The translations under genes and the position numbers were made by a program. Of a DNA stretch of 64,000 nucleotides, positions 41,049 through 53,644 are shown piece by piece (position 1 is the first letter of the stretch; every line of letters begins with the position of its first letter). The DNA is taken from positions 1 through 64,000 of the forward strand of contig CAVTRY010000017.1 of the NCBI GenBank assembly GCA_963737265.1, given 5' to 3'. Origin of the DNA: an uncultured delta proteobacterium (GTDB lineage: Bacteria > Myxococcota_A > Polyangia > Fen-1088). The notes beneath the pieces are model-generated. The model made no database searches. It saw only the letters and a list, made by a program, of their open reading frames with translations, and was not told the origin of the DNA.

Positions 41049-44000
41049 GGCGACCATCCGCTGGCCAGTGTTGATTGTCGCCTGCGTGGCGACCGGTTTT
41101 CTGGCGTGGGCTGGACAGTACCGTCTGCGCATCGACACCGACATCACGTCCGCGGTTCCGACCGGCAACATCGCCTTCGCCAGCGCTCGCCAGGTTCTCG
41201 CCCGCCATCCTTCGCTCGATCGTCTGGTGGTGAATCTGTCGTTTCGCGACGGTCACGCCGAGCCCGACGCCCTCATAGCGGCGGGCGACCTGGTGGTGGC
41301 CGAGCTCGATCGATCAGGGCTTTTTTCGAGCGTGGGCACGGCGGCGGCGGCGCGCGGGATCACCGCGATCTACGCCAATATGTCGGCGCAGTTGCCGCTG
41401 CTCTTCTCCCAGGCGGAGCTGGAACGCGACGTGGCACCCCGTCTAGAGCCCGCCGCCGTCAGCGCAAGGCTCGCGTCGCTCGCCGCGGATGTTTCGGATC
41501 TGGCGGGAATCGGGGGCGCCGCGCGCGCGGCCGAGGATCCGCTGGGCCTGGGCGAGATCGCTCTGGCGCGCCTGGCGGATCTGGTGCCGTCGCAGCAGGG
41601 CCGCATCGAGCGCGGACATATTCTCGACACCGAGGGCAAGAACCTTCTCGTCTCCGCTATCCCGCGCGCAGCCACCAGCGACACGCGTATTTCTCATGCC
41701 ATCGACGACGCGATTCGCGCCCTGGCCCAGCGTCTTAGCTCGGCCAAGGCGGGCGAGGTTGGCGCGGGCGTGGTGCTGACGTCGGTGGGAGGCTACCGCG
41801 CCGCCATCGACAACGAGAGCCTGGTCATGCGCGATGCCAATCTGGCCATGCTGGCGTCGACTATCGGCATTGCCCTCTTGCTGCTGGCCTGCTTTCCCCG
41901 CCCGTGGCTTGGCCTGTTCGCCTTGCTTCCGGCCCTGGCCGGCGGTTGCCTCGCGCTGTTCGTGTACAGCCTGTTCGAGTCCGACATCTCGGCCCTCGCT
42001 CTCGGCTTCGGCGGCGCGCTGGTATCCATCACAGTCGATCAGGGCGCGGTGTATCTGCTCTTCGTCGACCGTCAGAAAAAGACCGCCGGTCATCGCGCCG
42101 CGCACGAGGTGTTCTCGATTGGCTCGCTGTCGACGGTCATCAACATCGGCTCGTTCCTCTCGCTGCGACTGACCGGCTTCCACGTGCTCGGACAGATCGG
42201 TCTCTTCGCCGCGCTTGGCATCGCATTTTCCTACCTGTTCGTGCATCTCGTCTTCCCGCACATCTTTCCCACCGTGCCCGCGGCCTCGCGCCGGGCGTGG
42301 GTGCCGGTCGACAGCTGGCTGCGGCGGCTGACGGTCGGGCGAGGGTTCCGCGCCCTGACGGTCGGGGCCGTGCTCTTCGCCATCGCCCTGGTGTTCGCCC
42401 GCCCCACGTTTGTCGTGGATCTCGAGGCCATGAACACCATCCGAGCGGAAACCGCGCGCGACGAGGCGCATGTGCGCACCGTGTGGGGCGACATCTTTCA
42501 CCGTGTGTACGTGCTCATCGACGCCAAGAATGACGCCGATTTTCGCCGCCAATCCGATATTTGGCTGGCGCTGGTAGAACGGGAGAAATCCGCCGGCGTT
42601 CTCGCTCACGCCTTCTCCCCATCGGCGCTCAGTCCAGGACCGGCCGTGGCGGCCGAGCATGCGGCGGCGTGGACGCGGTTTTGGACTAACGAGCGCCTAG
42701 CGCAGGTATCGGCCGCCCTGCATCAAGGGGCCGCGCGGGTTGGTTTTGCCTCGGACGCCTTCGCGCCCTTTCTCGGTCGACTGTCGTCGCCGGCTGTCGC
42801 CGTGCCGGCAATATCCGATGGTATCCGCGCTCTTTACGGCGTGGGGCCCGGGCGCGATGGCCGCGGCGTCGTCTGGCTCGGTAGCGTGGTGCCCGGTCCG
42901 AAGTACTCTCCTTCGGCGTTCGCAGAGGAGATTCACGAAGCCGGGCTCTATGTTTTCGACGGCGGGAATTTCTCGCAGACCCTGGCGGACTTTCTCGCCC
43001 AGTCATTCCGCTCCATGTTCGTGGTGGTGGTTTGTTTCGTGGCCGGATCGGTGCTGCTGTTCTTCCTCGATATCCGCGTCGCCGCCATCGCACTCGCTCC
43101 CATGACCTTTTCCTTCGTGCTCACCATCGCGACCCTTCATCTCATCGGGCGGCCCATCGACATCGTTGGCCTCATTCTGTCCGTGCTCATCTTCGGCATG
43201 GGCGTCGACTATTCGTTTTCCTTCGTACGCGTCTACCAGCGCTGCCTCGACGAACACCATCCATCCCACGGCCCGGTGCGGACCAGCATCTTTCTTTCCG
43301 CCAGCGCGACCTTGGTTGGCATGGCGACCATGTCCACCGCCAAACACGCCGTGACTCGCAGCGCGGGCATCATGGCGACCCTGGCCATTGGCTACTGCGT
43401 GGCGGGGGCGTACCTGTTTCTGCCGCCGCTGCTTCGTCATATGTATTTGCCGCGGCCGCTGCCGCCGCCGGACCGGGCCCGTCCAGATCGTTGGGTGATG
43501 AAGCGCTTTCGTCGCCTCAGCGCCTATCCGCGTCTCTTCGCGTGGTTCAAGATGCGCCTGGATCCAATGTTTCCTCGCCTAGGCGACTTTCTGCCTGAAA
43601 CCGGCACGGTACTCGATATCGGCTGTGGCTTCGGCGTGGCCGCCGCGTGGATGTTGGCTCGCTCCGATGGGCTGCGCGTGGTAGCCGTCGAGCCGGATGA
43701 GGATCGCGTTGTCACCGCGCGTTTCGTGCTCGGCGACCGCGGCGTGGTGCACGAGGGCGCGGCGCCGGAAGGATTGCCGATGGTCGATGCCGCCGCGGTG
43801 GCTTGCCTCGACGTCATTCATCATCTCGACGACAGCAAGCTGGCGGCGACGCTGGCACATGTTCGCAAGTGCCTTTCGCCCGGAGGCCGGGTGATTCTGC
43901 GTACCACGTTGCCCGGGCCAGGGCGGATCCCGTTCCACCGCTGGTACGAAACTCGGCGACTCGCTATGGCAGGTCAAGCCGCGCACTACCGCGATCGAAG

Positions 44001-44130
44001 CTCGGTCGTAGAGGCCTTGGAAAGTGTAGGCATGGACGTTCTCGCCGTCGAGCCGACCGCGCCCGGCCGCGAAGAGACCTGGTTCATCGCCGCCGCTGTC
44101 GACGGCAAGGGCACCACCCGCGGAGCGTGA
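41038..44130 (+). CDS. MMPL-family exporter fused to a class I SAM methyltransferase
   Basis: Two TM bundles (ITVDQ / GMGVDY); C-terminal FAWFKMRLDP...VLDIGCGFG...DVIHH. Confidence 0.85.
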   Translation: MAREATIRWPVLIVACVATGFLAWAGQYRLRIDTDITSAVPTGNIAFASARQVLARHPSLDRLVVNLSFRDGHAEPDALIAAGDLVVAELDRSGLFSSVGTAAAARGITAIYANMSAQLPLLFSQAELERDVAPRLEPAAVSARLASLAADVSDLAGIGGAARAAEDPLGLGEIALARLADLVPSQQGRIERGHILDTEGKNLLVSAIPRAATSDTRISHAIDDAIRALAQRLSSAKAGEVGAGVVLTSVGGYRAAIDNESLVMRDANLAMLASTIGIALLLLACFPRPWLGLFALLPALAGGCLALFVYSLFESDISALALGFGGALVSITVDQGAVYLLFVDRQKKTAGHRAAHEVFSIGSLSTVINIGSFLSLRLTGFHVLGQIGLFAALGIAFSYLFVHLVFPHIFPTVPAASRRAWVPVDSWLRRLTVGRGFRALTVGAVLFAIALVFARPTFVVDLEAMNTIRAETARDEAHVRTVWGDIFHRVYVLIDAKNDADFRRQSDIWLALVEREKSAGVLAHAFSPSALSPGPAVAAEHAAAWTRFWTNERLAQVSAALHQGAARVGFASDAFAPFLGRLSSPAVAVPAISDGIRALYGVGPGRDGRGVVWLGSVVPGPKYSPSAFAEEIHEAGLYVFDGGNFSQTLADFLAQSFRSMFVVVVCFVAGSVLLFFLDIRVAAIALAPMTFSFVLTIATLHLIGRPIDIVGLILSVLIFGMGVDYSFSFVRVYQRCLDEHHPSHGPVRTSIFLSASATLVGMATMSTAKHAVTRSAGIMATLAIGYCVAGAYLFLPPLLRHMYLPRPLPPPDRARPDRWVMKRFRRLSAYPRLFAWFKMRLDPMFPRLGDFLPETGTVLDIGCGFGVAAAWMLARSDGLRVVAVEPDEDRVVTARFVLGDRGVVHEGAAPEGLPMVDAAAVACLDVIHHLDDSKLAATLAHVRKCLSPGGRVILRTTLPGPGRIPFHRWYETRRLAMAGQAAHYRDRSSVVEALESVGMDVLAVEPTAPGREETWFIAAAVDGKGTTRGA

Positions 44131-44993
44131 GCGTGCTGTTCTACCGAGCCCTTGCCCAATTATCCCGCATGGTGGGGCTGTGGATCGTGAAAGTCGTCGC
44201 CGCTGTTATTGCCACGGGCTACTTTTTGTGTCTTCCCACGCGCCTCGGGCATAGCGTGCGTTTCTATCGTGCACTCTTCCCCGCGCGGTCATCGCTTCAT
44301 GCGCTCTGGCTGGCCTGGCGGCAGTACCAGGACTTCGCTCGCCTCTACAGCGAACGGCTCGAGATCGAACGCCGCCCGGACATCACTTTCGAGAACGAGG
44401 GCGACGAGCATGTCGGGCAAGCGCGCGATGCCGGCCGAGGTGCGATTCTGGTCATGTCTCACTTTGGCCGCTGGGAAATTGGGGCGCGTTTGCTCGCCGG
44501 CCGGCAAGAGAAGCTGACGCTGGTGATGGGCGGGCACGCCAGCGGTGGCGCCCGCGCAGGCGTGGACAACGATTTGCGCCACGCTGGCGTCGGCGTCGTC
44601 ACCATTCCGGACGGTCAGGGACATGCCTTCGACATCCTCGAAGCACTCCAAATCCTTCGCCAGGGCGGTATCGTCTCGCTCGCCGCGGATCGGGCCTGGG
44701 GCGACGCGCGCGTACTACGCCTGCCTTTCCTCGGTCACACCGTCGCCGTCGCGATGGCACCCTTCGCGCTAGCCCTCGTGAGCGGTGCTCCTCTTCTCAC
44801 CGTGTTTGCGCTGCGGATCGGCCGACGCCACTATCGCTTCGTCAGCGATCCTCCCGTCATCCTCGCTGCCGGGGGCCGTCGCGACCGCCAGACCGTCCTC
44901 GAACAGGCCGCCGCCGCGTATTTGCGGCGCCTGCAGGTCATGGCCGAGTCCCACCCCGAGCAATGGCAGACCTTCGGGCGGTTCTTTCAATAG
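44127..44993 (+). CDS. LpxL-like lipid acyltransferase
   Basis: GTG start overlapping the upstream stop; GRGAILVMSHFGRWE, LAADR, HPEQW. Confidence 0.88.
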   Translation: MSVLFYRALAQLSRMVGLWIVKVVAAVIATGYFLCLPTRLGHSVRFYRALFPARSSLHALWLAWRQYQDFARLYSERLEIERRPDITFENEGDEHVGQARDAGRGAILVMSHFGRWEIGARLLAGRQEKLTLVMGGHASGGARAGVDNDLRHAGVGVVTIPDGQGHAFDILEALQILRQGGIVSLAADRAWGDARVLRLPFLGHTVAVAMAPFALALVSGAPLLTVFALRIGRRHYRFVSDPPVILAAGGRRDRQTVLEQAAAAYLRRLQVMAESHPEQWQTFGRFFQ

Positions 44994-45017
44994 TCACTCG
45001 GAGAGCGAAGTTCCAAG

Positions 45018-45821
45018 ATGCCCAAAATCAAAGTCAAAGACGCAAGGATTCATTATCAAGCTCACGGTCACGGCGAACCGGTCCTGCTTATTCCGGGGCT
45101 AGCCAGCGACCTTTCGACCTGGAAGAAGGCCGTGCCTCAACTTGGGAAACATCACAAGGTCATCGCCCTCGACAATCGCGGCGCGGGGCTGACCGAGGCG
45201 CCCGGGACGGCGTTCACGATGAAGATGCTAAGCGACGACGCCGTCGGGCTGCTCGACGCATTGGAAATCGGCCGGGCGCACGTTATCGGCTGGTCCATGG
45301 GTGGCAGCGTGGCGCAGGAGCTTGCCCTTCGCTACCCTGAACGGCTGGGCGCGCTCGTGCTCATGTCGACATTCATGAGGACACCCGACCGCTCGCGGGT
45401 TGCCATCGACGCCATGATTCACTCGGGTCGGGAGGGAGCAAGCGTCCATGCGTTTTTGGCCATGATGCAGACCTGGTGTTCGACCCACGCGGCGTTTAAA
45501 GGCAGAAGCCTGTTGCTGGGCGCCGAGGCAAGCGCCGATCTGCCTGCGTCGCACAGTCTTGCCATCGAGGGGTTTGCCCGTCAAAAGCACGCCCTGGACG
45601 GCTTCGACACGCGAAGCCGGGCGAAAGAACTGTCGTGTCCGACCCTGGTGGTCCACGGAACCCACGACATCATGGTTCCGCCGAGTTTTGGCCAAGAGCT
45701 CGCCGCGCAGATCCGGGGCGCGGAGTTTTGCTGGGTCGAAGGCGCGGGGCACTTCCTGCCATCGTCGGGTTGGCTGGCGCCGGTGCTCAGTTTCCTCGCC
45801 CGGCATCCCTTGCCGGTCTGA
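45018..45821 (+). CDS. Alpha/beta hydrolase
   Basis: DNRGAG, GWSMGG, PTLVVHG..D, GAGH. Confidence 0.9.
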   Translation: MPKIKVKDARIHYQAHGHGEPVLLIPGLASDLSTWKKAVPQLGKHHKVIALDNRGAGLTEAPGTAFTMKMLSDDAVGLLDALEIGRAHVIGWSMGGSVAQELALRYPERLGALVLMSTFMRTPDRSRVAIDAMIHSGREGASVHAFLAMMQTWCSTHAAFKGRSLLLGAEASADLPASHSLAIEGFARQKHALDGFDTRSRAKELSCPTLVVHGTHDIMVPPSFGQELAAQIRGAEFCWVEGAGHFLPSSGWLAPVLSFLARHPLPV

Positions 45822-45824
45822 GCG

Positions 45825-47462
45825 TCACGGTGCTTCTTCCGTCGCGTTGTCGGGCGCGTCGTTTTCCGCCGGCTTTTCCAGCACACCTTCTTCGTTGACG
45901 ACGGGTGCTGCCTTCTCGAATTTGAAGGCGAACGATAGCCCAAGGTTGACCTCGGTCAGCGCCATGAACGTGGGTGCGGTCGCGATCTCGTTGACGTCGA
46001 GGAACAGGCCCACGGTCCGGTTCAGGTGATAGATCGCGCCAGCGCCGATTAGGATGCCGACCGGGCCGCCGTGAATGGTGTCGCTGTGGGTGAGCACGCA
46101 ACTGTTGGTGTCGTTGCACTGCTTGGCGATGACAATGAGGAAGTTGTTGCCGCCACCTACGCCTGCCGAGGCATAGGTTTGCAGCGCGCCGCTAGTAAAG
46201 AACGTGTACCTAGCGCGCAAGTAGGCGGCAACGGCAGAAGTCAGCAGCGGCTTTCCGGTGTAACCGCTCGAGTCCGCCGTCGCATGCTGGTAGCGGCCCA
46301 TGGCCGACAGCGAAAGATTCGTGTCCCACTGGTAGCCAAGCTCGAACTCGAGTTGATAGGGCGTGGCCACGGTAAATCCCGACACCGAGTGGAGGCCGGA
46401 GTCGCCGTCGAGGGGCTCCGTGGTGTGGAAGCCGACGATGCCGCTGCCTCCGGCCAAGGAGAACCAGATGGCGCCGGGCTCGCGACGGTGGTTGCGACGG
46501 GCGTCCTCTTCATCCGCGGTCCTGGTCTTGAGGGTGTCGAGAATGTTCTCGTTGTCGGCCCTGGCCACGGTGTCGCCGCCCTTGATCATGAAGACGTTGG
46601 GCGAGTCCGAGCGCCCGAGCATCAGCGCCTCGCTTCCGCCGGGCAGGTGCGCCTCGATGTAGTACTCGAGCGACTTGCCCTTGATGGTGTCGCCTGGAAT
46701 GGAAGCCTGTAGCCAGCCCTTGATATTCCGCCGCATTGCCGCCGCGGTGAAATTCGCGCTCTTTCCGCCCTCGGGACGATAGTGGAGAACCGCGGTGGCC
46801 TTCTTTGGCTGCTTCTGCGTAACACAGCTAACGACGAGGTCCTGGCCGGGCGGAATCTCGAAGGGCAGGGGACAATAGAGCGGTGATGGCACCTTGGCCG
46901 GAAGGTCAGGATCGACGGCGTCGATCGCAATCTCGCGCGTGCCAAGGCCGCGTTCGCTGCTGGCGGATGATGGTTCAGTCGGTGAAGGCGCGGGCGCGTG
47001 CGCCGAAGCTGCCGAAGCGGTCATCTGTCGGCGCGCCAGCAGAAGGGCCGACTTGAGCGCCGGCGTCTCCACTTGTGGGGTGATGGCGATGTCGGGATCG
47101 ATCTTCAGGGCGAGCATGAACTGGCTCACGCCCTTGTCCCGATTCTTCTCGCCCGTCACGTACACCGCGGCGAGGTGAACATAGGTGCGCGCCATCATCT
47201 CGCCGCTTTCGATCTTGGCGTTCTTGGCCACCACCATCGCCTCGAGCAGGACATCCTTGGCCTCGCTGAACTTGCGTCCTCGGATGAGAGCGATGGCCTT
47301 CTGGTTGAGCTCGATCATCTGCGCCCACGCCTGGTCGCCTTGCTCGGCGTCCGCCTTGCCGGCTGCCAAGGTAACACGCGCCGGACCAAGGACCGCGCAC
47401 AAGGTGGTCGACGAGACAAGCAAGAACGTCAGCGAAAACTGGGACACCCGGGGCTGCTTCAT
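45825..47462 (-). CDS. Hypothetical exported protein (TPR-like N-terminus, beta-barrel-like C-terminus)
   Basis: Signal peptide from ATG 47462; MARTYVHLAAVY...ALKIDP; LEYYIEA; aromatic beta-strand C-terminus. Confidence 0.6.
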   Translation of the reverse strand: MKQPRVSQFSLTFLLVSSTTLCAVLGPARVTLAAGKADAEQGDQAWAQMIELNQKAIALIRGRKFSEAKDVLLEAMVVAKNAKIESGEMMARTYVHLAAVYVTGEKNRDKGVSQFMLALKIDPDIAITPQVETPALKSALLLARRQMTASAASAHAPAPSPTEPSSASSERGLGTREIAIDAVDPDLPAKVPSPLYCPLPFEIPPGQDLVVSCVTQKQPKKATAVLHYRPEGGKSANFTAAAMRRNIKGWLQASIPGDTIKGKSLEYYIEAHLPGGSEALMLGRSDSPNVFMIKGGDTVARADNENILDTLKTRTADEEDARRNHRREPGAIWFSLAGGSGIVGFHTTEPLDGDSGLHSVSGFTVATPYQLEFELGYQWDTNLSLSAMGRYQHATADSSGYTGKPLLTSAVAAYLRARYTFFTSGALQTYASAGVGGGNNFLIVIAKQCNDTNSCVLTHSDTIHGGPVGILIGAGAIYHLNRTVGLFLDVNEIATAPTFMALTEVNLGLSFAFKFEKAAPVVNEEGVLEKPAENDAPDNATEEAP

Positions 47463-47669
47463 GATGGACGGATCCTCCGCGCGCAGTATAGTCGCTGCGT
47501 CCAATTTGGGGAGTCGTCTTGCACGATCCGCAGTCGAGACCATCGCGGTCAGGCCGGGCGTGGTGGAATTCGTTGCTCCTCGGTTACCTACGTCCAGGTT
47601 GCGCCCTCGTCGCGCCTCGCCGGCCGGGCGCCTCGGTGGCCGAAACATGGCCGCTCTTCTGCCGGGCTG

Positions 47670-49003
<1,334 letters not shown>

Positions 49004-49029
49004 GGGGGCGGATTTCTAATAACTGGACA

Positions 49030-51888
49030 TCAGTAGCTCGAGATCGGCGGGCACGCACAGATGAATTGGCGGTCGCCGAGGACATTGTCGAGGCGGCCCA
49101 CGGGCGGCCAGTATTTGTGCGTGCGCAGATAGGGCAGGGGATAGGCGGCGCGCTCGCGCGGGTAGGGATGGGGCCACTCGGCGGCGAGCAGCACCTCGGC
49201 GGTGTGGGGCGCATTCTTGAGCAGATTGCCCTCGCGCGGCTGCGCCTCGCTCTCGATCTCGCGGATCTCTTGCCGAATGGCGACCATGGCGTCGCAAAAA
49301 CGGTCGAGCTCGGTGCGCGATTCGCTTTCGGTCGGTTCGATCATCAGCGTCCCGGGAATGGGGAACGACATGGTCGGGGCGTGGAAGCCGTAGTCCATGA
49401 GCCGCTTGGCCACGTCTTCCGCCTCGATGCCGGCGGACTTCTTCAGCGGACGCAGATCGACAATGCACTCGTGGGCGACGCGGCCCTGCTTGCCGCGATA
49501 GACGACCGGGTAGTGTTCGTCCAAGCGCTCGGCGATGTAATTCGCGTTCAGAATAGCGATCTTGGTCGCCTGGGTCAGCCCAGCGGCGCCCATCATGCGG
49601 GTATATGCCCATGCGACGAGCAGGATGTTGGCATTGCCCCACGGCGCCGCCGACACCGCGCCGATGGCTTGTTCGGAGCCGACTTGGATCACGGGGTGAC
49701 CGGGCAGGAAGGGCACGAGGTGCTGAGCCACGGCGATGGGGCCGGCGCCGGGACCGCCACCGCCGTGGGGACTGGCGAAGGTCTTGTGCAGGTTGATGTG
49801 GCAGACGTCGGCGCCAAGCTCGGCCGGCCGGCACAGTCCGACCTGACCGTTCATGTTGGCGCCGTCCATGTACACCTGGCCGCCGTGCTCGTGGATGACC
49901 GCGCACAGCTTCTGCACGTCTTCCTCGAACACCCCGTGGGTCGACGGGTAGGTCAGCATCAAGGCCGCCAGGCGATCGGAATGCAGGGTGGCCTTGGCGG
50001 TGAGATCGGCCAGATCCACGTTGCCGCCGTCGTCGCACGCCACGACCACGACTTTGCATCCCGCCATCGTCGCCGAGGCCGGGTTGGTTCCGTGGGCCGA
50101 CGACGGAATCAAGCACACGTCGCGCTGGCCCTGGCCGAGGCTCGCCTGGTACTTGCGGATGACCAGCAAGCCGGCGTATTCGCCCTGCGAGCCGGCATTG
50201 GGCTGAAGCGAAACGCCGTCGAATCCGGTAATTTCGCCCAAGAACATTTCCAAGTCCGTCACGATGGCAACGTAGCCCTCGGCGTACTTGCACGGAACGA
50301 AGGGATGGATGCCGTTCCATTCGGGCCAGGTCAGCGGCAGCATTTCAGCCGCAGCGTTGAGCTTCATCGTACACGAGCCGAGGGGAATCATGGAGTCGGC
50401 AAGCGACAAATCCTTGGCCTGCAAGCGGTGCATGTAGCGCAACATCTCGGTTTCCGAGCGGTAGGCCGAAAAGATCGGGTGCTGCAAGAATGCGCTCGCG
50501 CGCGCGAACGCGGGCGGGATGGCCGGCGCGGCTTCGTCGAGCTTGGCCGAGGCCGCGTTGGCGGGCGCCACCACGCGCACGATGGCTTCGACCTCCGCGG
50601 GCGTGGTGGTTTCGTCAAGGGTGATGGTGAGCGCCGTGTGAGAAAGCTGGCGCAGGCAAATGCCCGAGGCTTCGGCGCGCGCGTGGCAGGCCGCGATGGC
50701 CGGGGCCGTCGCATCGACGCGAACGGTGTCGAAGAGCGACGTCGTCGCGATCCGGACGCCGGCACTGCTCAGCGCCTGTGCGAGGGTGGCCGCTCGGGTG
50801 GCAATCCTGGTCGCGATAGTCCGGATGCCCTCAGCGCCGTGGTAGATGGCGAACATGCTCGCCATGACGGCGGGTAGGACCTGCGAGGTGCAGATGTTGC
50901 TGGTGGCCTTCTCGCGCCGGATGTGTTGCTCCCGCGTTTGCAAGGCCAGACGGAAGGCGGTGCGACCGTGTGAATCGCGCGAGACGCCGACGAGGCGGCC
51001 GGGCATTTTGCGGGTGTATTCCTTGCGCGTGGCAAAGAACGCCGCGTGCGGACCGCCGTAGCCCGGTGGCAAGCCAAACCGCTGCACGCTGCCGAGCGCG
51101 ACGTCGGCGCCGAATTCTCCCGGCGGCACCAGCAGCGCGAGCGCGAGCAGATCGGCAGCCACGGCCACACGAGCACCCGCCGCGTGCGCATTGTCGCAGA
51201 ACCCGCGGTAATCGAACAGCTTGCCGTCGGTGGTCGGGTATTGCACTAGTGCCCCGAACACCTTGGCGGAAAATTCGGAAAACTCGAATGTGGCGTGGTC
51301 GCCGACCACGACTTCGATCCCGCACGATTGGGCGCGCGTGCGCACCACCGCGATGGTCTGCGGGTGGCACAGCTCCGAAATGAAAAAAGTGTTGGCCTCG
51401 TCGTGCTCCGCCAGTCCGGCGAACATGTGCATGGCCTCGGCGGCCGCCGTCGCTTCGTCGAGCAGCGAGGCACCTGCGACATCGAGCCCGCACAGACCCA
51501 TCACCATGGTTTGGAAGTTGAGCAGCGCCTCGAGGCGGCCTTGAGAGATCTCGGCCTGGTAGGGCGTGTAGGCGGTGTACCAGCCCGGATTCTCCAGGAT
51601 GTTGCGCTGGATCACCGGCGGCAGGATGGCGTCGGTGTAGCCCATGCCGATGTAGGCGCGCACGCGCCGGTTGCGGCTGCCGAGGCGGCGCAGTTCGGTA
51701 AGGGCTTCGTGCTCGGACAGGGCGGGCGGCAGGTCGAGCGGATGGCGTGTGCGAATCGACTCGGGCACGGCCTGCCCGATCATCTCGTCGAGCGAGGCGG
51801 CGCGCACCACGCGCAACATCTCGGCCAGATCCGCTGGTCTCGGGCCGATGTGGCGAAGGATGAACTCGTCCTGGGTTGTATCGGCCAT
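49030..51888 (-). CDS. gcvP: Glycine dehydrogenase (decarboxylating)
   Basis: [44 protein letters not shown]. Confidence 0.97.
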   Translation of the reverse strand: MADTTQDEFILRHIGPRPADLAEMLRVVRAASLDEMIGQAVPESIRTRHPLDLPPALSEHEALTELRRLGSRNRRVRAYIGMGYTDAILPPVIQRNILENPGWYTAYTPYQAEISQGRLEALLNFQTMVMGLCGLDVAGASLLDEATAAAEAMHMFAGLAEHDEANTFFISELCHPQTIAVVRTRAQSCGIEVVVGDHATFEFSEFSAKVFGALVQYPTTDGKLFDYRGFCDNAHAAGARVAVAADLLALALLVPPGEFGADVALGSVQRFGLPPGYGGPHAAFFATRKEYTRKMPGRLVGVSRDSHGRTAFRLALQTREQHIRREKATSNICTSQVLPAVMASMFAIYHGAEGIRTIATRIATRAATLAQALSSAGVRIATTSLFDTVRVDATAPAIAACHARAEASGICLRQLSHTALTITLDETTTPAEVEAIVRVVAPANAASAKLDEAAPAIPPAFARASAFLQHPIFSAYRSETEMLRYMHRLQAKDLSLADSMIPLGSCTMKLNAAAEMLPLTWPEWNGIHPFVPCKYAEGYVAIVTDLEMFLGEITGFDGVSLQPNAGSQGEYAGLLVIRKYQASLGQGQRDVCLIPSSAHGTNPASATMAGCKVVVVACDDGGNVDLADLTAKATLHSDRLAALMLTYPSTHGVFEEDVQKLCAVIHEHGGQVYMDGANMNGQVGLCRPAELGADVCHINLHKTFASPHGGGGPGAGPIAVAQHLVPFLPGHPVIQVGSEQAIGAVSAAPWGNANILLVAWAYTRMMGAAGLTQATKIAILNANYIAERLDEHYPVVYRGKQGRVAHECIVDLRPLKKSAGIEAEDVAKRLMDYGFHAPTMSFPIPGTLMIEPTESESRTELDRFCDAMVAIRQEIREIESEAQPREGNLLKNAPHTAEVLLAAEWPHPYPRERAAYPLPYLRTHKYWPPVGRLDNVLGDRQFICACPPISSY

Positions 51889-51898
51889 CGTGCGGCTA

Positions 51899-52294
51899 TT
51901 AGTCCTCGTTCTCTTTGAGAAAGGCTTCGTAGGTCGTACTGTCCATGAGCTTTTTCAGCTCGTCGGGGTTGGACAGCTCGATCTGGATCATCCATCCGCC
52001 ATCGTAGGGATCTTCATTTACATACTCGGGCGAGTCCTGCAGGGTCGTGTTCGCCTTCACGACCTTGCCCGAGACGGGCGCAAAGAGATCCGACACTGCC
52101 TTGACCGACTCGACCGAACCAAAGGCGTCGTGCTGCTTGAGGATTTCGCCCTCGCGCGGAAGGTCGACCTGGGTTACGTCCCCGAGCTGTCCCACGGCGA
52201 ATTGCGAGACGCCCACGGTTACCAGGTTGCCTTCCAGGCGTGCCCACTCGTGGTCCTCCGTGTAGAGAAGATCGTTCGGATACGTGTCGCTCAT
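51899..52294 (-). CDS. gcvH: Glycine cleavage system H protein
   Basis: [24 protein letters not shown]. Confidence 0.97.
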   Translation of the reverse strand: MSDTYPNDLLYTEDHEWARLEGNLVTVGVSQFAVGQLGDVTQVDLPREGEILKQHDAFGSVESVKAVSDLFAPVSGKVVKANTTLQDSPEYVNEDPYDGGWMIQIELSNPDELKKLMDSTTYEAFLKENED

Positions 52295-52309
52295 GTTCGT
52301 TGCTGGCTC

Positions 52310-53434
52310 CTACGTGTTTTGCCGTCGGTAGAACGGCCCTTGGATGACTTCTGCTTGCGCGGGCTTGCCGCGACAGTCGATGACGATGCGCGTGCCGGGT
52401 TTGGAGTGGCTGGTAGGCAGGTAGCCCATGCCGATGTTCTTGCCGACCGTGGGGCCGACGGTGCCCGAGGTGACTTCGCCCAGGCGCGCACCGCTTTGCA
52501 CGTCGGTAATGGCATAGCCGTGTCGGGCGATGCCACGCTCGCGCATCTCGAATCCAACTAGTTTGCGCGCGAGCCCGGCGGCCTGTTGGCGCAGCAGCGC
52601 CGGCTTGCCGATGAAATCCCCAGCGTCGAACTTGACGACCCAGCCGAGCCCGGCCTCGAGCGGCGTCGTGGTGTCGGAGAGATCGTTGCCGTACAGGCTT
52701 AGCCGCGCTTCCAGGCGAAGGGTGTCGCGCGCGCCGAGGCCGACCGGGCGGCCACCGACGGATCCGGCGGCCGCGACGAGCGCGTCCCACAGAAACACCG
52801 CGTCGTCCGGCGAGCCGAAGATTTCAAAACCGTCCTCGCCGGTGTATCCCGTGCGTGCAATCCAAGAGGGTTTCCCCGCCACGTGCTTGCCGGTGACGAA
52901 GTAAAATGGGGGCAGCGCCGCGAGGTCGGCATCGGTCAGGCCCGCCAAGACCGCCGCGGCCTTGGGGCCTTGAAATGCAATGAGCGAGGTCGCGTCGGAC
53001 TCGTTGCTGATCTGGCAGACCGCACCGACATTGTCCACGAAATGCCTGTAGTCTTTGTCGATGTTGGAGGCGTTGACGACGATGAGGAAGTGGTCGTCGG
53101 CAACGCGGTAGACGATGAGGTCGTCCACGATGCCGCCCTCCGGATGGCAGGCGACTGCGTACATGGCGCGGCCGTCGCGCATGCTGCCGACGTTGTTGGT
53201 GACCAAGCGCTGCACCGCTTCAGCAGCGCGCTGGCCTCGAAAATGGATTTCGCCCATGTGGCAGACGTCGAAGACGCCGACCGCGGCGCGCGTGGCCTTG
53301 TGTTCGTCGATGATGCCGGCGGGGTAGTTGACCGGCATCAGCCACCCGCCGAAGTCGATCAGTTTTGCGCCGAGACGCTGATGAGCGCCGTAGAGCGGCG
53401 TTTTCCTAGCTGGACTGCTGCTGGGGGTCCCCAT
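52310..53434 (-). CDS. gcvT: Glycine cleavage aminomethyltransferase
   Basis: FGGWLMP, FDVCHMGE, RTGYTGEDGFE, GLGARDTLRLE. Confidence 0.97.
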   Translation of the reverse strand: MGTPSSSPARKTPLYGAHQRLGAKLIDFGGWLMPVNYPAGIIDEHKATRAAVGVFDVCHMGEIHFRGQRAAEAVQRLVTNNVGSMRDGRAMYAVACHPEGGIVDDLIVYRVADDHFLIVVNASNIDKDYRHFVDNVGAVCQISNESDATSLIAFQGPKAAAVLAGLTDADLAALPPFYFVTGKHVAGKPSWIARTGYTGEDGFEIFGSPDDAVFLWDALVAAAGSVGGRPVGLGARDTLRLEARLSLYGNDLSDTTTPLEAGLGWVVKFDAGDFIGKPALLRQQAAGLARKLVGFEMRERGIARHGYAITDVQSGARLGEVTSGTVGPTVGKNIGMGYLPTSHSKPGTRIVIDCRGKPAQAEVIQGPFYRRQNT

Positions 53435-53644
53435 GGGCGGACGCGATCATGCGGAAAAGCGCCGCCAGGCACAAGCGAAAGTACAGGAAGTTGAAGAAAG
53501 TTGGGCGAGGCGCGCGATAACTTGCCAGTCGCGGTTGACGGCCGTTGGCGCGGCCCCTATTGTCAGGCAAAAGTTGATGGTTGCGGTGTCGAGGCTAGCC
53601 CTTAGTTGCTTAGGACCGTCATGCACGGAGGCTATGCGGAGGTA

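Noticed and set aside
53435-53640. Glycine riboswitch upstream of gcvT
   Set aside because: No GGAGA...CCGAAG...CTCAGG-type motifs seen on the minus strand
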